Positions 30,001-42,167 of a stretch of 64,000 bases of DNA are shown piece after piece; the first letter of the stretch is position 1; every line of letters starts with the position of its first letter. Origin of the DNA: Eledone cirrhosa. Its lineage: Eukaryota. The notes below the pieces were generated by a model. It was not told where the DNA came from. It ran no database searches and saw only the letters and a program-made list of their open reading frames with translations. The position numbers and the translations under genes are program-made. The DNA lies in the NCBI GenBank assembly GCA_964016885.1, contig OZ024740.1, forward strand, positions 95,480,001 through 95,544,000, given 5' to 3'.

Positions 30001-30477
30001 TTCCCTATCCACTAATCCCACACAATCCCAGCGTGCATCTAAGATCCCGTTCCAGTCGCCCACTAACACTAAAGAGCGGGACGTTCCAAGAAAGGTCTCC
30101 AGACGCCGGAAGAAATCAGGCCGCCCTGCTCCTGTCGGGGCATAGACGGCCACTAACCTGAAATCTTGCCCGTCTCCGCTGGTCACGTCCAGCACCACCA
30201 ACTTACATTCTGGGTCCAGGAAGATGGCCCATATGGCAAGATCCAAACCTCTCCGAAAAAGCACAGCAACTCCTCCCCCCGATCCCGGACGGCTGGGAGA
30301 TGCGTACACATCGTAGCCGCCGAAGATCGGTGCGAAAGCCTGTGCTTCGGAGATTCTGGTCTCGCTGATGGCCACTACATCCATGTTTAGTGACCTGAGG
30401 TCGTTGAGCAGGTGGCCCTGCTTCCATGACGACCCCAAGCCACGCGCATTTCTGCTGCCTCTTCTGAGTGAGGTCAT
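27057..30477 (-). CDS. Tx1 ORF2 (APE endonuclease + RT + C-terminal CCHC), one frameshift in a 7-G run
   Basis: Motifs AISET, VGDWN, SYLDR, TDH, KSPGLDG, NFRPITLLN, LDQSKAFD, RQGCPLS, YADD and CPRC..H..C. Removing one G at 28463-28469 gives LRGVPRELGCGRSVSAYADD. Confidence 0.88.
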
Positions 30478-30511
30478 GTTGAAAAGGAGTGGAAAAGATG
30501 GGAAAGACCAC

Positions 30512-32499
30512 TTACCTTACTTCTCGTAGGGGAAGGACGGCTTTTCCATCCTTTTCACTGCTTGTGGCCTCCTCAGGAAGGATGTCCTTATAAATCCTCC
30601 TGGAGAGTGCTTGTCGGAAGTCTCCGATGTCTTTGGGGAATTTTTGTTTTAGTGTCATGTACGTTTTCTGTGTGATGCGAGTGATTTGTATGTGTGGAGG
30701 TGGTGTGAATTTTGGGGTTGTTGTGTAGTCTTTTTCTGTGATGCTGGTGTTGTGTTGGATGTAGTGTAATAATTGCTTGTTGTTCAAATTTAATGCTGTG
30801 TAGTGTATATCGTTTTGGTAGTTTTGTTTTGTTTGCGTTTGTTGTGGGTTTGTTTCTGTTTCGCATTTTGGTGACTTTTGTGGTGTAGGTGATGGTGGTG
30901 TTGGAGTTAATGATGGTGATGGTGTTGGTGTTTGGGTTGATGGGGTTGGTGATGCTGGTGTGGATGGTGGCATATCTGTCCTAACTTTTTTGTTTCTTAG
31001 TTTATTCGTTTCCCTCTGTGTTTTGTTTTTGGAGGGAGAAGGAAGAGAATTTTTTCTTTTTTGGTTTCTTTTTTTTTTTCCGGATATCGTTTCCCACTCC
31101 TCGTCGTCACAATCTGTCTCCAGTTGTGATAGGCCGGGGAGTGGAAAATCCTCCACAGCCGTTAGTTTTGGTTGTGGTGTGGTGGATGGTGTAGGCGCTG
31201 GTGCTAGTTCTGAAGCGTTGGGTGGTGGTGGTGTTGGTTTTGCTGGTGGTGGTAGTGGTGTTGGTTTTGCTACTGTTGCTGGGGTTGTTGCTGTTATAGT
31301 TGCTTCTGTTGTTGCTGCTACAGTTGTTGCTGCCATCTCTGCTACTGGTGGTGTTGATGGTTGTGTCACTGGGGTGGGTAGGAGAGGTGGCCTCAACCTT
31401 TTAGCCTGAGGGCAGAAAGCCCTTAGGTGGGTTCCTTCACCACAAACGACACACCTAAGTCTTCTGCCCTCGACAATTACCGTGAGGTGGCTGCCGTCAG
31501 TGAGGTCTATTACCTCTGGGATCTCCTCAATGCTTTTTTGGTCCGCTTGGATCAGGAGCTCCATCCCAGATCCGGACCAGTTTTCCTGCTTTTCTTTTGC
31601 TACTGCTATTATTTTCGTGTTGGCTTCGATGCCGGCGAGGACAGCCGCTATTAGCCAGGGAATTTCGATGGCCGGTGGAACGTGGGTCACCCTGATCTTT
31701 ACGAGTCTCTGGCCACAATAGCTTGGGACGAGTGTGAGGTCGTCACTTTTTAATGGGGCCATGGAGTGTTCTCTAGCCTCCTCTGGTGTTTCAAAGAACA
31801 CATCCACGGTTCCATACTTTTGCCCACGTCTGATGTGGGTTTTTCTTGCCCACACATGTCCCAAAGCTTTTTGGATTTGGGACTCGGATGCCCGTTCCAC
31901 TCGGCGCGATTTTACATTTATTGTTCTATACGACACGGTGCACAGGCGCCGATGCTCCATTTTATTAGGTGGGGGGGGGGGAGGCTGACCCTGTACCCAT
32001 CTTTCTTTACCATTTGTTTGGCATTTTCTAAATCTTCTTGAGTTACCGTGAACGCTTCGAATTGTTTTGCTACGATGGCGAAACTGAGGGTCGGTTTTAT
32101 AATGTCATTGTTGTTGTTGTTGCTATCGTTAATATTAATTTTATTTTCAGTTGTGGTGGTGGTGACGTCAGTCGTCTTTGGTGGGGAAGAGTCCATTTTG
32201 CTTGATTTCATTTCGACGTCACGAGTTAATTTATTTTTTTCTTCTTTTGTTTCTGTTGTCGCGGTGGTGGTGGTGGTGGTGGTTGTCGCGGTGGTGGTGG
32301 TGGTGGAGGGTTTAACACCTGCAGTCATTGGTAATGGCGGGAAATGAATGTCTGCCTGAGACAAATTTAAAATATTGCTACTGCTTATATTTTTTTTGGT
32401 GTTGGCAAACGTAGTAACATTTACAATGGTGGTGTCGGTGTGAGGTGTTATTTTGTGAGGAAGGCTTTCAGCTGCTTCGTGCAGAGGGGAATTAGCCAT
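30512..32499 (-). CDS. Tx1 ORF1 (Gag-like, CCHC knuckle), one frameshift in an 11-C run
   Basis: The 193-aa and 482-aa ORFs join if one C is added at 31971-31981. CVVCGEGTHLRAFC fits CX2CX4HX4C. It is colinear with the ORF1 of copy 1. Confidence 0.8.
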
Positions 32500-32708
32500 T
32501 TTTTTTCAAAGAAATTTTTGGATAATAATAAAAGTTAAAATTTTGGGCACAAGGCCCCAATCTTTTTGGGTGTCCTTTTCGGAAAACAATGTATGTGTGC
32601 TTATAAACAGTTTACAATAAAATTTTCCATAAATGGCAATTTTTAAACAAACGGAAATAACAAACCTTTGCGGAGCTCACGATAATACGATTTCCTACGT
32701 AGGTCGCC

Positions 32709-32756
<48 letters not shown>

Positions 32757-32759
<3 letters not shown>

Positions 32760-32939
32760 TGTTTCTACTTTAGGCACAAGGCCAGCAATTACCCAGTGCA
32801 TTACTGGTACTTTATTTTATCGACCCCGTAAGGATGAAAGGCAAAGTCAACCTCGGCGGGATTTGAACTCAGATCGTAAAGAGATGTAACTATGCTGGAA
32901 AGCATGGCGTCCGACCCTCTACCGATACTGCCAATCCAC
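32757..32939 (-). mobile_element. tRNA-derived SINE (family B, Nin/Deu-like core)
   Basis: A box tggcagtatcgg, B box gagttcaaatcc, core gactttgcctttcatccttacggggtcgataaa, tail ggccttgtgcctaaagtagaaacaatta. Six copies occur in the window. Confidence 0.9.
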
Positions 32940-32940
32940 G

Positions 32941-34820
32941 GGGAATTGCAGGAGGAGACACACTGATCTTGCCATGGGATGGATAGACTACAGAAAGGCA
33001 TTTGACATGGTGCCTCATTCCTGGATCACCAAAAGCCTGGAGATCTTCAGGGTGGCAGATAACATCAGACAGTTGCTGGGCAGGAGTATGGGGTCCTGGG
33101 AGACAGAGTTGACATCAACTGGAGTATCCTTGGGAAGCGTGAAGATCAAGAGAGGTATCTTCCAGGGAGATAGCCTATCCCCTCTGTTGTTTGTCCTTGC
33201 CCTGATGCCCTTGACCATTATGCTGCGAAAAGTGAGAGCAGGATACAAGTTGGGAAGGGGAGAGCTTACCATCAATCACCTCCTCTTCATGGACGATCTT
33301 AAGCTCTTCGGGAAAAGTGAGAAGGAGTTGGATGTGCTTGTTGACACTGTCCGTATTTTCAGCAGTGATATATGTATGCAGTTTGGTATTGGTAAATGTG
33401 GAGTCATTGTGATGAGGAGGGGTAGGTTGAGCAGAAGTAACGGGATCCAGATACCAACAGGTGAGATGATAAAGGAAATTGACTCTGAGGAAGGATTCAA
33501 GTATTTGGGCGTTCTGGAGGCTGATGGCATAAAGAACAAAAAAATGAAGGAATTGTTAAGAACTGAATACATTCGGAGAGTAAGGAGCGTATTGAAGTCA
33601 CATCTGAACAGCAGAAATGCCATAAGCGCAGTAAATTCCCGAGCTGTGTCTATTATTAGGTACAGTGCGGGAATTCTGAGATGGAATGTTGCTGAACAAA
33701 AAGAAATGGATAGGAAGACTAGGAAGCTATTGACTATCTACAACATGTTCCACAAGAGGAGTGATGTCGATAGACTCTACCTAAGGAGATCTGAGGGTGG
33801 AAGAGGTCTTATCAGCATAGAGGACTGTGTTCAGATGGAGAAAAACAACCTATACAAATACGTGACCTATAGTAAGGAGCCAATGCTCAGAGCTGTACTG
33901 AAGGAGGGGACAGTAGGCCAGGGGATACCCAAGGAGGAAATAACATCAAGGAGGAAGAACAGCCTTAAGGGAAAATCCCTTCATAGTACCTTCTTTGAGA
34001 AAACTGAATTTAGAGATCCACAGACATGGAACTGGTTGAGAAGAGGAGACCTCAAAAAGGCTACAGAAGGAATGCTAATGGCTGCGCAGGAGCAGGCCCT
34101 CAAAACGAAGTGGTTGAAGCACCATATCTACAAGGAGGAGGCTAGCCCACTGTGCAGGATCTGTGGAGAGAGAGAGGAGACTGTAGCTCACATTGTGTCC
34201 GAGTGTAAACACCTAGCCCAGAGCCACTATAAGGGCTGGAGACACGATGTGATGGGCAGGGTGATCCACTGGCACCTGTGCAAAGTAAACAATCTACCAC
34301 ATTCTGAGAAATGGTATGAGCATAGGCCAGAGGCGGTGATGGAGAACAGTCAGGTGAAGGTGCTGTGGGATTTTAGGATACAGACGGACAAAAAACTGGA
34401 ACACAATAGACCTGACCTGGTGGTTGTGGACAAAGAAAAAAGATCGTGCCTGATTGTGGATGTGGCCTGCCCGTTCGACACGAGAGTGCAAGAGAAGGAG
34501 AGGGAGAAAATTAACCGATACCAGGACCTAAAGTGGGAGGTGAAAAGGATTTGGAACTGCCATGAAGTCAAAGTGATCCCAATTGTCATAGGCGCACTGG
34601 GGACTATCTCCAAAGGTTTCCAGGGATGGTTAAAGAAAATCGGCCCCTTCACGCTTTTTGGAACGCTTCAAAAGGCATGCTTGCTTGGAACGGCAAGAAC
34701 CCTCCGATACGTCCTGAATATCTGAGGCTGCAGGTAGTGGCTTGATATTCAATCCAACGGACTTTCCAGTTAACCAACATCAATGACTGAGATTCAAGGA
34801 ATAACAATAACAATAATAAC
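32941..34820 (+). mobile_element. 5'-truncated Dong/R4 LINE, same family as 17470-21123
   Basis: Colinear with 19221-21085 including the 3' UTR; tail (taacaa/taa)n. Confidence 0.93.
32974..34725 (+). CDS. Uninterrupted partial Dong/R4 ORF (RT C-terminal half + CCHC + RLE), 583 aa
   Basis: DYRKAFD, GIFQGDSLSP, FMDDLKL, CRICGEREETVAHIVSEC, RHD, RPDLVV, DVACP, EKINRY. Confidence 0.85.
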   Translation: MGWIDYRKAFDMVPHSWITKSLEIFRVADNIRQLLGRSMGSWETELTSTGVSLGSVKIKRGIFQGDSLSPLLFVLALMPLTIMLRKVRAGYKLGRGELTINHLLFMDDLKLFGKSEKELDVLVDTVRIFSSDICMQFGIGKCGVIVMRRGRLSRSNGIQIPTGEMIKEIDSEEGFKYLGVLEADGIKNKKMKELLRTEYIRRVRSVLKSHLNSRNAISAVNSRAVSIIRYSAGILRWNVAEQKEMDRKTRKLLTIYNMFHKRSDVDRLYLRRSEGGRGLISIEDCVQMEKNNLYKYVTYSKEPMLRAVLKEGTVGQGIPKEEITSRRKNSLKGKSLHSTFFEKTEFRDPQTWNWLRRGDLKKATEGMLMAAQEQALKTKWLKHHIYKEEASPLCRICGEREETVAHIVSECKHLAQSHYKGWRHDVMGRVIHWHLCKVNNLPHSEKWYEHRPEAVMENSQVKVLWDFRIQTDKKLEHNRPDLVVVDKEKRSCLIVDVACPFDTRVQEKEREKINRYQDLKWEVKRIWNCHEVKVIPIVIGALGTISKGFQGWLKKIGPFTLFGTLQKACLLGTARTLRYVLNI

Positions 34821-37800
34821 TGATATAGAAATTTACTGTTACTAACTGATATAGAAATTGATCAGATCAAGCTATTAGAACAAAGTCAGCGAAGGGAAAA
34901 TGAAACATGTTTCAGTGAAAACGCGGTAAATTGTAACAGTTCGAATCCCAGGTTTGGGGCAGAATCCCTGGCAACAGAACAAATTAAAGAAAGGATCGAA
35001 AAAGTGGAGGGAGTGCATGCTTAAGATGAAACTCCAAATGAAAATAATGAGATCGTAAATGATAAAGAAATGAATGAGAATGAACTTGCCAACTTGAAGG
35101 ATGAAATTATGATCGAATGGATGAAAATGAAAGAATCTGACATGGGGCAACGAGACACCCTCCCTAAGATCCAGAACTCCAAACAGGACCAAAAGATAAT
35201 ACACAAGAATAACATAATTCTCAAAAACATTATCATCACAAACAAACTAAACATTACTGATTTAAATCATCTCTATTATGCATCGGCTAAAGTCACCACT
35301 CACTTATGTGGAGTGAAGATGAAAAAACAAAGGAATTCCCACAAGAAAACTACTTGGCAAGAGAACCTCAATCGCCAAATAAACCTTCTCCGATCTGACA
35401 TAGAAATTTTAACAAACTATAAAGTAGGTGAACATAGTTAAACAAACTAAACTTAGAAAATTGAAAAAAAAGTACAGTATAAAATCAACAAGTGACATAG
35501 ACATGCTGATAGAAATAATCAAGCAAAAAGTTTCGGCCAAAGCTGCTCGTATAAGGCACTTTGAAAAACGATCTAGATTCATTAAGGACAATAATATGTT
35601 CAAAAACAACCAAAGAAACTTCTACAGAAAAATTGGTAAGTCAACAATAACTGCTAAATCAATACCACCCAAGGAGGAAGTGCAAGAATTCTGGGAAAAG
35701 ATCTGGGCCGAAGAAAAATTTCATAACATACATGCCCCATGGATAGACAGACAAATGAAAGATACAGCTCACCTCCAGGAACAAATATGGGAAAATATAA
35801 CAGTTGAACAGTTGCGCTTGGCTCTAAGAAAAACCAGCAAATGGAAATCCCCAGGAAATGACAAAATACAAAACTTTTGGATAAATGCCTGCACAGAGTC
35901 TCATGAGCTGTTAGCCCAACTTTACAATGAAAAAGTTAAGGAGCCAGAAAAGATACCATCATGGCTAGTTAACGGCATTACATTCCTGCTTCCGAAGAAT
36001 GATGAGACAAACAATCCCAAAAATTACAGACCGATAACTTGCTTGACCACAATGTATAACATTTTAACATCAGTCCTAACTGAATACACATATGACCACC
36101 TGATAACAAATGACATATTTCCAAATGAGCAGAAAGGGTGTAAGCGAGGCTCATATGGCTGTAAGGATCAGCTTCTGGTTAACAAAATGATACTGGAAGA
36201 TTGTCATAATAGACACAAAAATCTATCGATTGCTTGGATAGATTATAAAAAAGCATTCGATAGTTTGCCACACAGTTGGATTGAAAAATGTTTAGAGATT
36301 TTCAAAATATCCCCCGTTGTCAGGAGGTTTTTGTCATTCAGTATGAAGGCATGGAAAACGACACTCCTTTTGAATAGTGAAACAAAATCACTGGAAGCTG
36401 GAGAAGTTAATATTAATTGTGGAATTTTTCAGGGTGACTCTTTATCACCGCTTTTATTCTGCATCGCACTTATACCATTAAGTTAAATGCTCAATGAATC
36501 AAAACATGGATATAGAGTCTATGAACAAAAACCATTAATCACCTGTTTTACATGGATGACCTGAAACTATTTGCAAAAAATGATGAACAATTGCAAGGGC
36601 TATTATCCACTGTGGAGCTGTTCAGTGATGACATTAAAATGGAGTTTGGACTAGATAAATGCGTCAAAGCAACGTTCACCAGAGGAAAGCTGCTGAAGAG
36701 TTCAGACATTAATCTTGATCGGGGGAACGTGATAAGAGAACTTGACAAAGAAAAAACTTACAAATATCTAGGTGTTTGTGAAGGAGACAGAATCAAGCAC
36801 TCGACAATGAGGGAAAGGATAAGGAAGGAATGTTACCGCAGAGTAAGAGCAATCTTAAGAACGGAATTGAATGCAAGGAATAGGTTCGATGCCATAAACA
36901 CGCTTGCCATACCAGTAGTAACCTACAATTGCAATGTCATCAACTGGTCAAGCACAGAGATCCGTAGGCTCGATACAAAAATTCGAAAATTCTTAACCAT
37001 GCACAGATACATATAGAATATATCTCCCCAGGAAAGAGGAGGGCGTGGGTTAATCCAGTTAGACATTGCGTTGAAAACTGCAACTATTGGATAATCTACA
37101 TATCTAAGGGAATCACATGATTGGATGATCAAACTCGTTTTGAAACACGAAAGCATCAACAGATCATATTCCATTACAAAAGATGCACAAAGATACAGTA
37201 ATGGACTACAAATTTCAGAAGTCCCATTTACTGCAGGCATTCGATAGTTTGCCACACAGTTGGATTGAAAAATGTTTAGAATAATATCTCCCGTTGTCCG
37301 GAGGTTCTTGACATTCAGTATGAAGACATGGAAAACAACACTCTTTTTGAATGGTGAAAAGGAATTACTGGAAACCGAAGAAGTTAATATTAATTGTGGA
37401 ATTTTTCAGGGTGACTCATTATCAACGCGTTTATTCTGCATCGCATTTAAACCATTAAGCAAAATGCTCAATGAAACAAAACATGGATATAAAGTCTATG
37501 ACAAAACCATTAATCACTTGTCCTACATGGATGACCTGAAACTATTTGCAAACAATGATGAACAGTTGCAAGGGCTATTATCCACTGTGGAGCAGTTCAG
37601 TCATGACATTAAAATGGAGTTTGGACTAGACAAATGCGCCAAAGCAACGTCCACCAGAGGAAAGCTGCTGAAAAGTACAGACATTAATGTTGATCGGGGG
37701 GAATGTGATAAGAGAACTTGATCAAGAGCAAACTTACAAATATCTAGGTGTTTGTGAAGGAGACGGAATCAAGCACTCGACAATGAGGGAAAGGATAAGT

Positions 37801-39220
37801 AAGGAATGTTACCGCAGAGTAAGAGCAATCTTAAGAACGGAATTGTTTGCAAGGAATAAAATCGATGCCATAAACACGCTTGCCATACCAGTAGTAACCT
37901 ACAGTTACAATGTCATCAACTGGTCAAGCACAGAGATCCGTAGGCTCGATACAAATACTAGAAAATTTTAAAACATGCACAGAATGCATCACCCTAAGGC
38001 AGATACAGATAGAATATATCTCTCTAGGAAAGAAGGAATACGTGGGTTAATCCAGTTAGACATTGCGTTGAAAACTGCAACAATTGGATTATATACATAT
38101 CAAAGGGAATCTCATGATTGGATGATCAAACTCGTTTTGAAACACGAAAGCATAAAATAATCATACTCCATTACAAAAGATGCACAAAGATACAGTAATG
38201 GACTACACATTTCAGAAGTCCCATTTACTTCTGAAATGGAAAACGCAGAAAAAGCAAAGCAGGTAAAAGTAGCTGCAAAGAATGAACTGCTACAGAAACT
38301 GGCTAAGAAATGGCATGGAACGCCGCTGTATGGAAAATAACCAGAAAGAGCTAACAATCCTGATGTTGACAAAACTTTAACCCATCAGTTGTTGGCATCC
38401 TCTGGACTGAAATCGGAGACTGAAGGACTGATTATATCAGCACAATATCAGTGTCTGCCAACAAAAAATGACCAAGCCAACATAATAAGAAATTGATTCA
38501 ACCCATTGTGCCGTGTATGTAGAAATCAACCAGAGACCATTGATCATATAATTTCAATGTGCGGTCCTATACATCCAACCGAATACCTAAACAGGCATGA
38601 CAGAGATGCATAATACATACATTGGATAATGTGTTAGCATTTTGACCTGCCCATCAAAAGTATTGGTGGGAGCATCAACCACCTCCCACACTTGAAAAAG
38701 ATCACATCGTAATCTTGTGGAACTTTAGCATCCAATCAGACCGAACAATAGAAGCAAATAGACCTGATATAATACTGAAAGTATGCCTGCTAAATGATAT
38801 GTCCGTTCCAATAGAAAAGAATGTATCAATAAAAATATTTGAAAAATTTAGCAAGTATAAGTACCTGGAGATAGAAATTGGAAAAATGTGGAAATTGAGA
38901 ACTAAAACAATACCAGTGGTTGTAGGTGCTCTAGGAATGATACATAAGGGGTCTAATGATTACTTACCGCAAATCCAGGAAACCCGCGTATAGTAGAAAT
39001 ACAAAAGATATACTTATGGGAACTGCTCACATACTAAGGAAGATTCTGTCAATATAAATACATCACAAGTCTAAACACCTAAAGATGCATGTGTGTGTAT
39101 GTATGTTCTTTCTTGAACATGGCGGACCTTGGTGTCTCTTGAGGTCACTGGTTGTGACTTGGTGATAACTCGTATGAATATAAAGCACGATAAATGCAAC
39201 TATGCTACTAATATTAATAA
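34821..39220 (+). mobile_element. Second-family Dong/R4 LINE, degenerate, with ~1 kb internal tandem duplication
   Basis: KSPGND, NYRPITCL, EQKG, DYKKAFD, FQGDSLSP, YMDDLKL, RPDII, KYLEIEI; ORF ends at ~39058. 36253-37232 is repeated at 37237-38229. Confidence 0.9.
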
Positions 39221-39387
39221 TAATTGTTTCTACTTCTGGCACAAGGCCAGCAATTACCTAGTGCATACTGGTACTTTATTGTATCGAGGCAAAGTCAACC
39301 TCGGCAGGATTTGAACTCAGATCGTAAAGGGACGTAACTATGCTGGAAAGCATGGCGTCCGACCCTCTACCGATACTGCCAATCCAC
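39221..39387 (-). mobile_element. SINE family B (internal deletion), inserted in the Dong (TAA) tail
   Basis: Same head and tail as 32757-32939. Confidence 0.88.
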
Positions 39388-40274
39388 TAGATTATTATAA
39401 TAGATATAATTTGAGTTATGGAATAGATGGGATGAATTAAGTTGGTGTTAAATTATCGAATTTGCTCGCCGTTTTTTGTCTACGGAAAATTGTTCGTTCA
39501 ATTTTGCTTATAATTAGCATTTTGTTGTATTTTAAAATATGGAATAGTTCCGTATTACTAAGTCCTCCGTGAGTCATGCCAATTCTATAGGTCATTGCCG
39601 TTGACAACTTCTTCCAGCTGATTCTGTATTCCTGAGACAGATGTTGGAGATTCCACGCGTGGTAGGATGGGTGTCTGGAGCGATGACCGGTGGTGTTAAA
39701 TTCTGGTGTGGTACTGAGGAAGTGGAGAGATGTGGAGTGCGCGCACAGCAGGAAGAGGTCAGAGGGTCAAGGCAGGTTGAAGAGATAGCAGTAGGCATTA
39801 GAGGAGGATGACAGGTAAAGATACGGTCTGTATGTGGTGTGGACTGTGTGTCTGTGTGTGCGGGGTTACAGTGGACAGGGCAAGGGATGGGTAGATATGA
39901 AAGGTGGGGGGAGAAGGTAGTAGTGTGGGGGGTTGGTGTGTATATTAGTGGAAGTGTTAATGCGATATGTGTATGAGGGGTTGTTGGTGGAGCGGGGATA
40001 GAAAGGGTAACAAAAGGTGTTGGGGATGGAGAAAGGAATGTAGTGTACTGGTTTGTGTGTGCTTGTTTGGATATGGGTGTGTGTGTGTGTGTGTGGTAGA
40101 GAGGGCGTTAGTATGGTGGGGAAGTGGTTGAATGTGGGTGTGTGAGTGGGGGTTAGTGGTGGAAGTGTGTGTGTGGAGTGGGTGGTCTATCGGTGTGTAC
40201 CTATCTATGGGTGAGGGGTGGGTGTGTTAGTATTATTAGTTGTGGGGCAGCCAATACTCATTCTAAATTATATT

Positions 40275-40422
40275 GGTGTTAGGAAGGGCATCCCGCTATA
40301 GAGACCAAGTTAAAATCAATCCTCTATGAGCAAGGGATGGTCACCTTACCTAGCAGTTCCCACAACAGAACAACTCGTCTAACCCATGCTGCCGTGGAAG
40401 ATGGGTGTAAAACGGTGATGAT
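40275..40422 (+). mobile_element. 3' part of a SINE with RTE-like tail
   Basis: ggtgttaggaagggcatcc ... gtctaacccatgctgccgtggaa ... aaacggtgatgat resembles cephalopod SINE bodies ending in (GAT)n (recognised from memory). Confidence 0.6.
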
Positions 40423-41488
40423 AGAGTGTCTCAAATAATTCGGAAAATGTAGCACAATAGAGTTTTACAATTGTTAAAATAACTGCCTAAGCTGATGGAA
40501 ACGTGTCTATTGCTACAGGAATTCAAAATTAATATATTTTACACATTAATTGCGCATTAATTCTGAATATGTCTTGAAGTAACAATATTATTATTTCAAC
40601 ACGTTCTTGAGTTTGTTTACAAGCAGGTATAAGAACTAACGTTCCACTATAAAAGCTAGTGTTCATTTGAAGGAAGAATGTATATGCTTCCTTACCTTTA
40701 GTAACACTTTGTGTTGTAGGCTGTTTTCGAGTTGGTTATACCTTCAGTAAATATGTTACCATGTATGTTTATACATGTATGTTTATACATGTATGTTTAT
40801 ACATATGTAGAAAAAATATTTAAAAACTTTATTGAAGAATTACATAATTTCTCTTGGTTTTGAATAAGTCTTTATAAAACTTTGATTATTAAAAGATCAT
40901 TTATTTAGAGTGATAAAATCTGATCAGCGAACCAGGCTGTAATAAATATTGGCACAACATTATTTATGACAGGATATTAAACTAAAATATTTCGCTATAA
41001 CTTTGTTGACCTTTGCCTTAGGTGTCCAGTTCAACTAAAGAAATATTGTCTGCACTGAACTCAGCGCTTTATAAAACCTTTAGCTAATGACCTATCTCGC
41101 CTCTTTTCAAACAAATACGTGTCATCAGACATTATGTGAGAATCCATTTAGCAGGTCAACTATAACAAATTACATTTCTAAGAAAGCTCGTTGGTCGGTT
41201 TTAAGTCTGAGAAGGTGTAATACAATATTGCTATTTTCTATGGTCTTTACTATGAAGTGTATTACATTCTATGGATCAAAATATGATATACTGTGTCCAT
41301 AAATAAACACTATTAAGCTAATTTGGTGTTTGGTTTAAATATCCCTACTTAAAATATATATAAAGGAATACATCAATTTCAAAATTTGTATTTTATGCAT
41401 GCACAATATATATTTAGTTAACTAGGCAGACATATGATTATCTTTAGAACTTTCCATTCATTCTTTTTTATTAGATCTGTATACCAAA

Positions 41489-41678
41489 TAATTGTTTCTA
41501 CTTTAGGCACAAGGCCAGTAATTACCCAGTGCATTACTGGTACTTTTATTTTATCGACCCCGTAAGGATGAAAGGCAGAGTCAACCTCGGCGGGATTTGA
41601 ACTCAGATCGTAAAGGGACGTAACTATGCTGGAAAGCATGGCGTCCGACCCTCTACCGATACTGCCAATCCACCGCCC
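41489..41678 (-). mobile_element. SINE family B, full length, 15 bp TSD
   Basis: TSD tgtataccaaataat at 41478-41492 and 41681-41695. Confidence 0.92.
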
Positions 41679-42167
41679 TTTGTATACCAAATAATATTTA
41701 TCTGTATACCAAATAATATTTACAAGCTAGATCCTTGCTCCAGCCTGGTAACATTTTATTTACTCCTTAATTTCGCGGAGAAAATGTCAAACATCCATCC
41801 AAAATATTGTTCTTCCTTTTCGCCCAGCATTTAATGCACATGCATATCAAAGTATATATTTGTTTTCTAATATGATAGTTAACATTTAAAAACCATTGAT
41901 TGTATGGCTTATGGAGAAGCAGGTACAGAATTTGAGGTACTTATAAGAATTCGAGCATTAAAGTTGTTGATAGATGAAACACCGCTTTATTGTAAAATAT
42001 TTTGTAATATAAAAGCTTGTAATTCCTTCGTCAACGTGTTTGATTATATAATAAAGATGGTGTAGATGCACATAGGTATTTCTGCACATAACACGATATT
42101 AATAGAATTTACCATATCTCATTTTATGGAATATGTATGTTCGGCACGTTATTCGTATTATATCAGA

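Larger units (their letters stand above)
26814..32708 (-). mobile_element. Tx1/L1-clade LINE copy 2, full length, nearly intact
   Basis: The 5' end is (att)GGCG. It has ORF1 and ORF2, a ~240 nt 3' UTR ending ccttgtggttaataaagaaaac, and a (TTA)n tail. Confidence 0.95.

Noticed and set aside
40690-40750. Possible minus-strand host exon ending in AAG|GTAAG
   Set aside because: No convincing acceptor site or recognisable protein; cannot be supported without transcript data.
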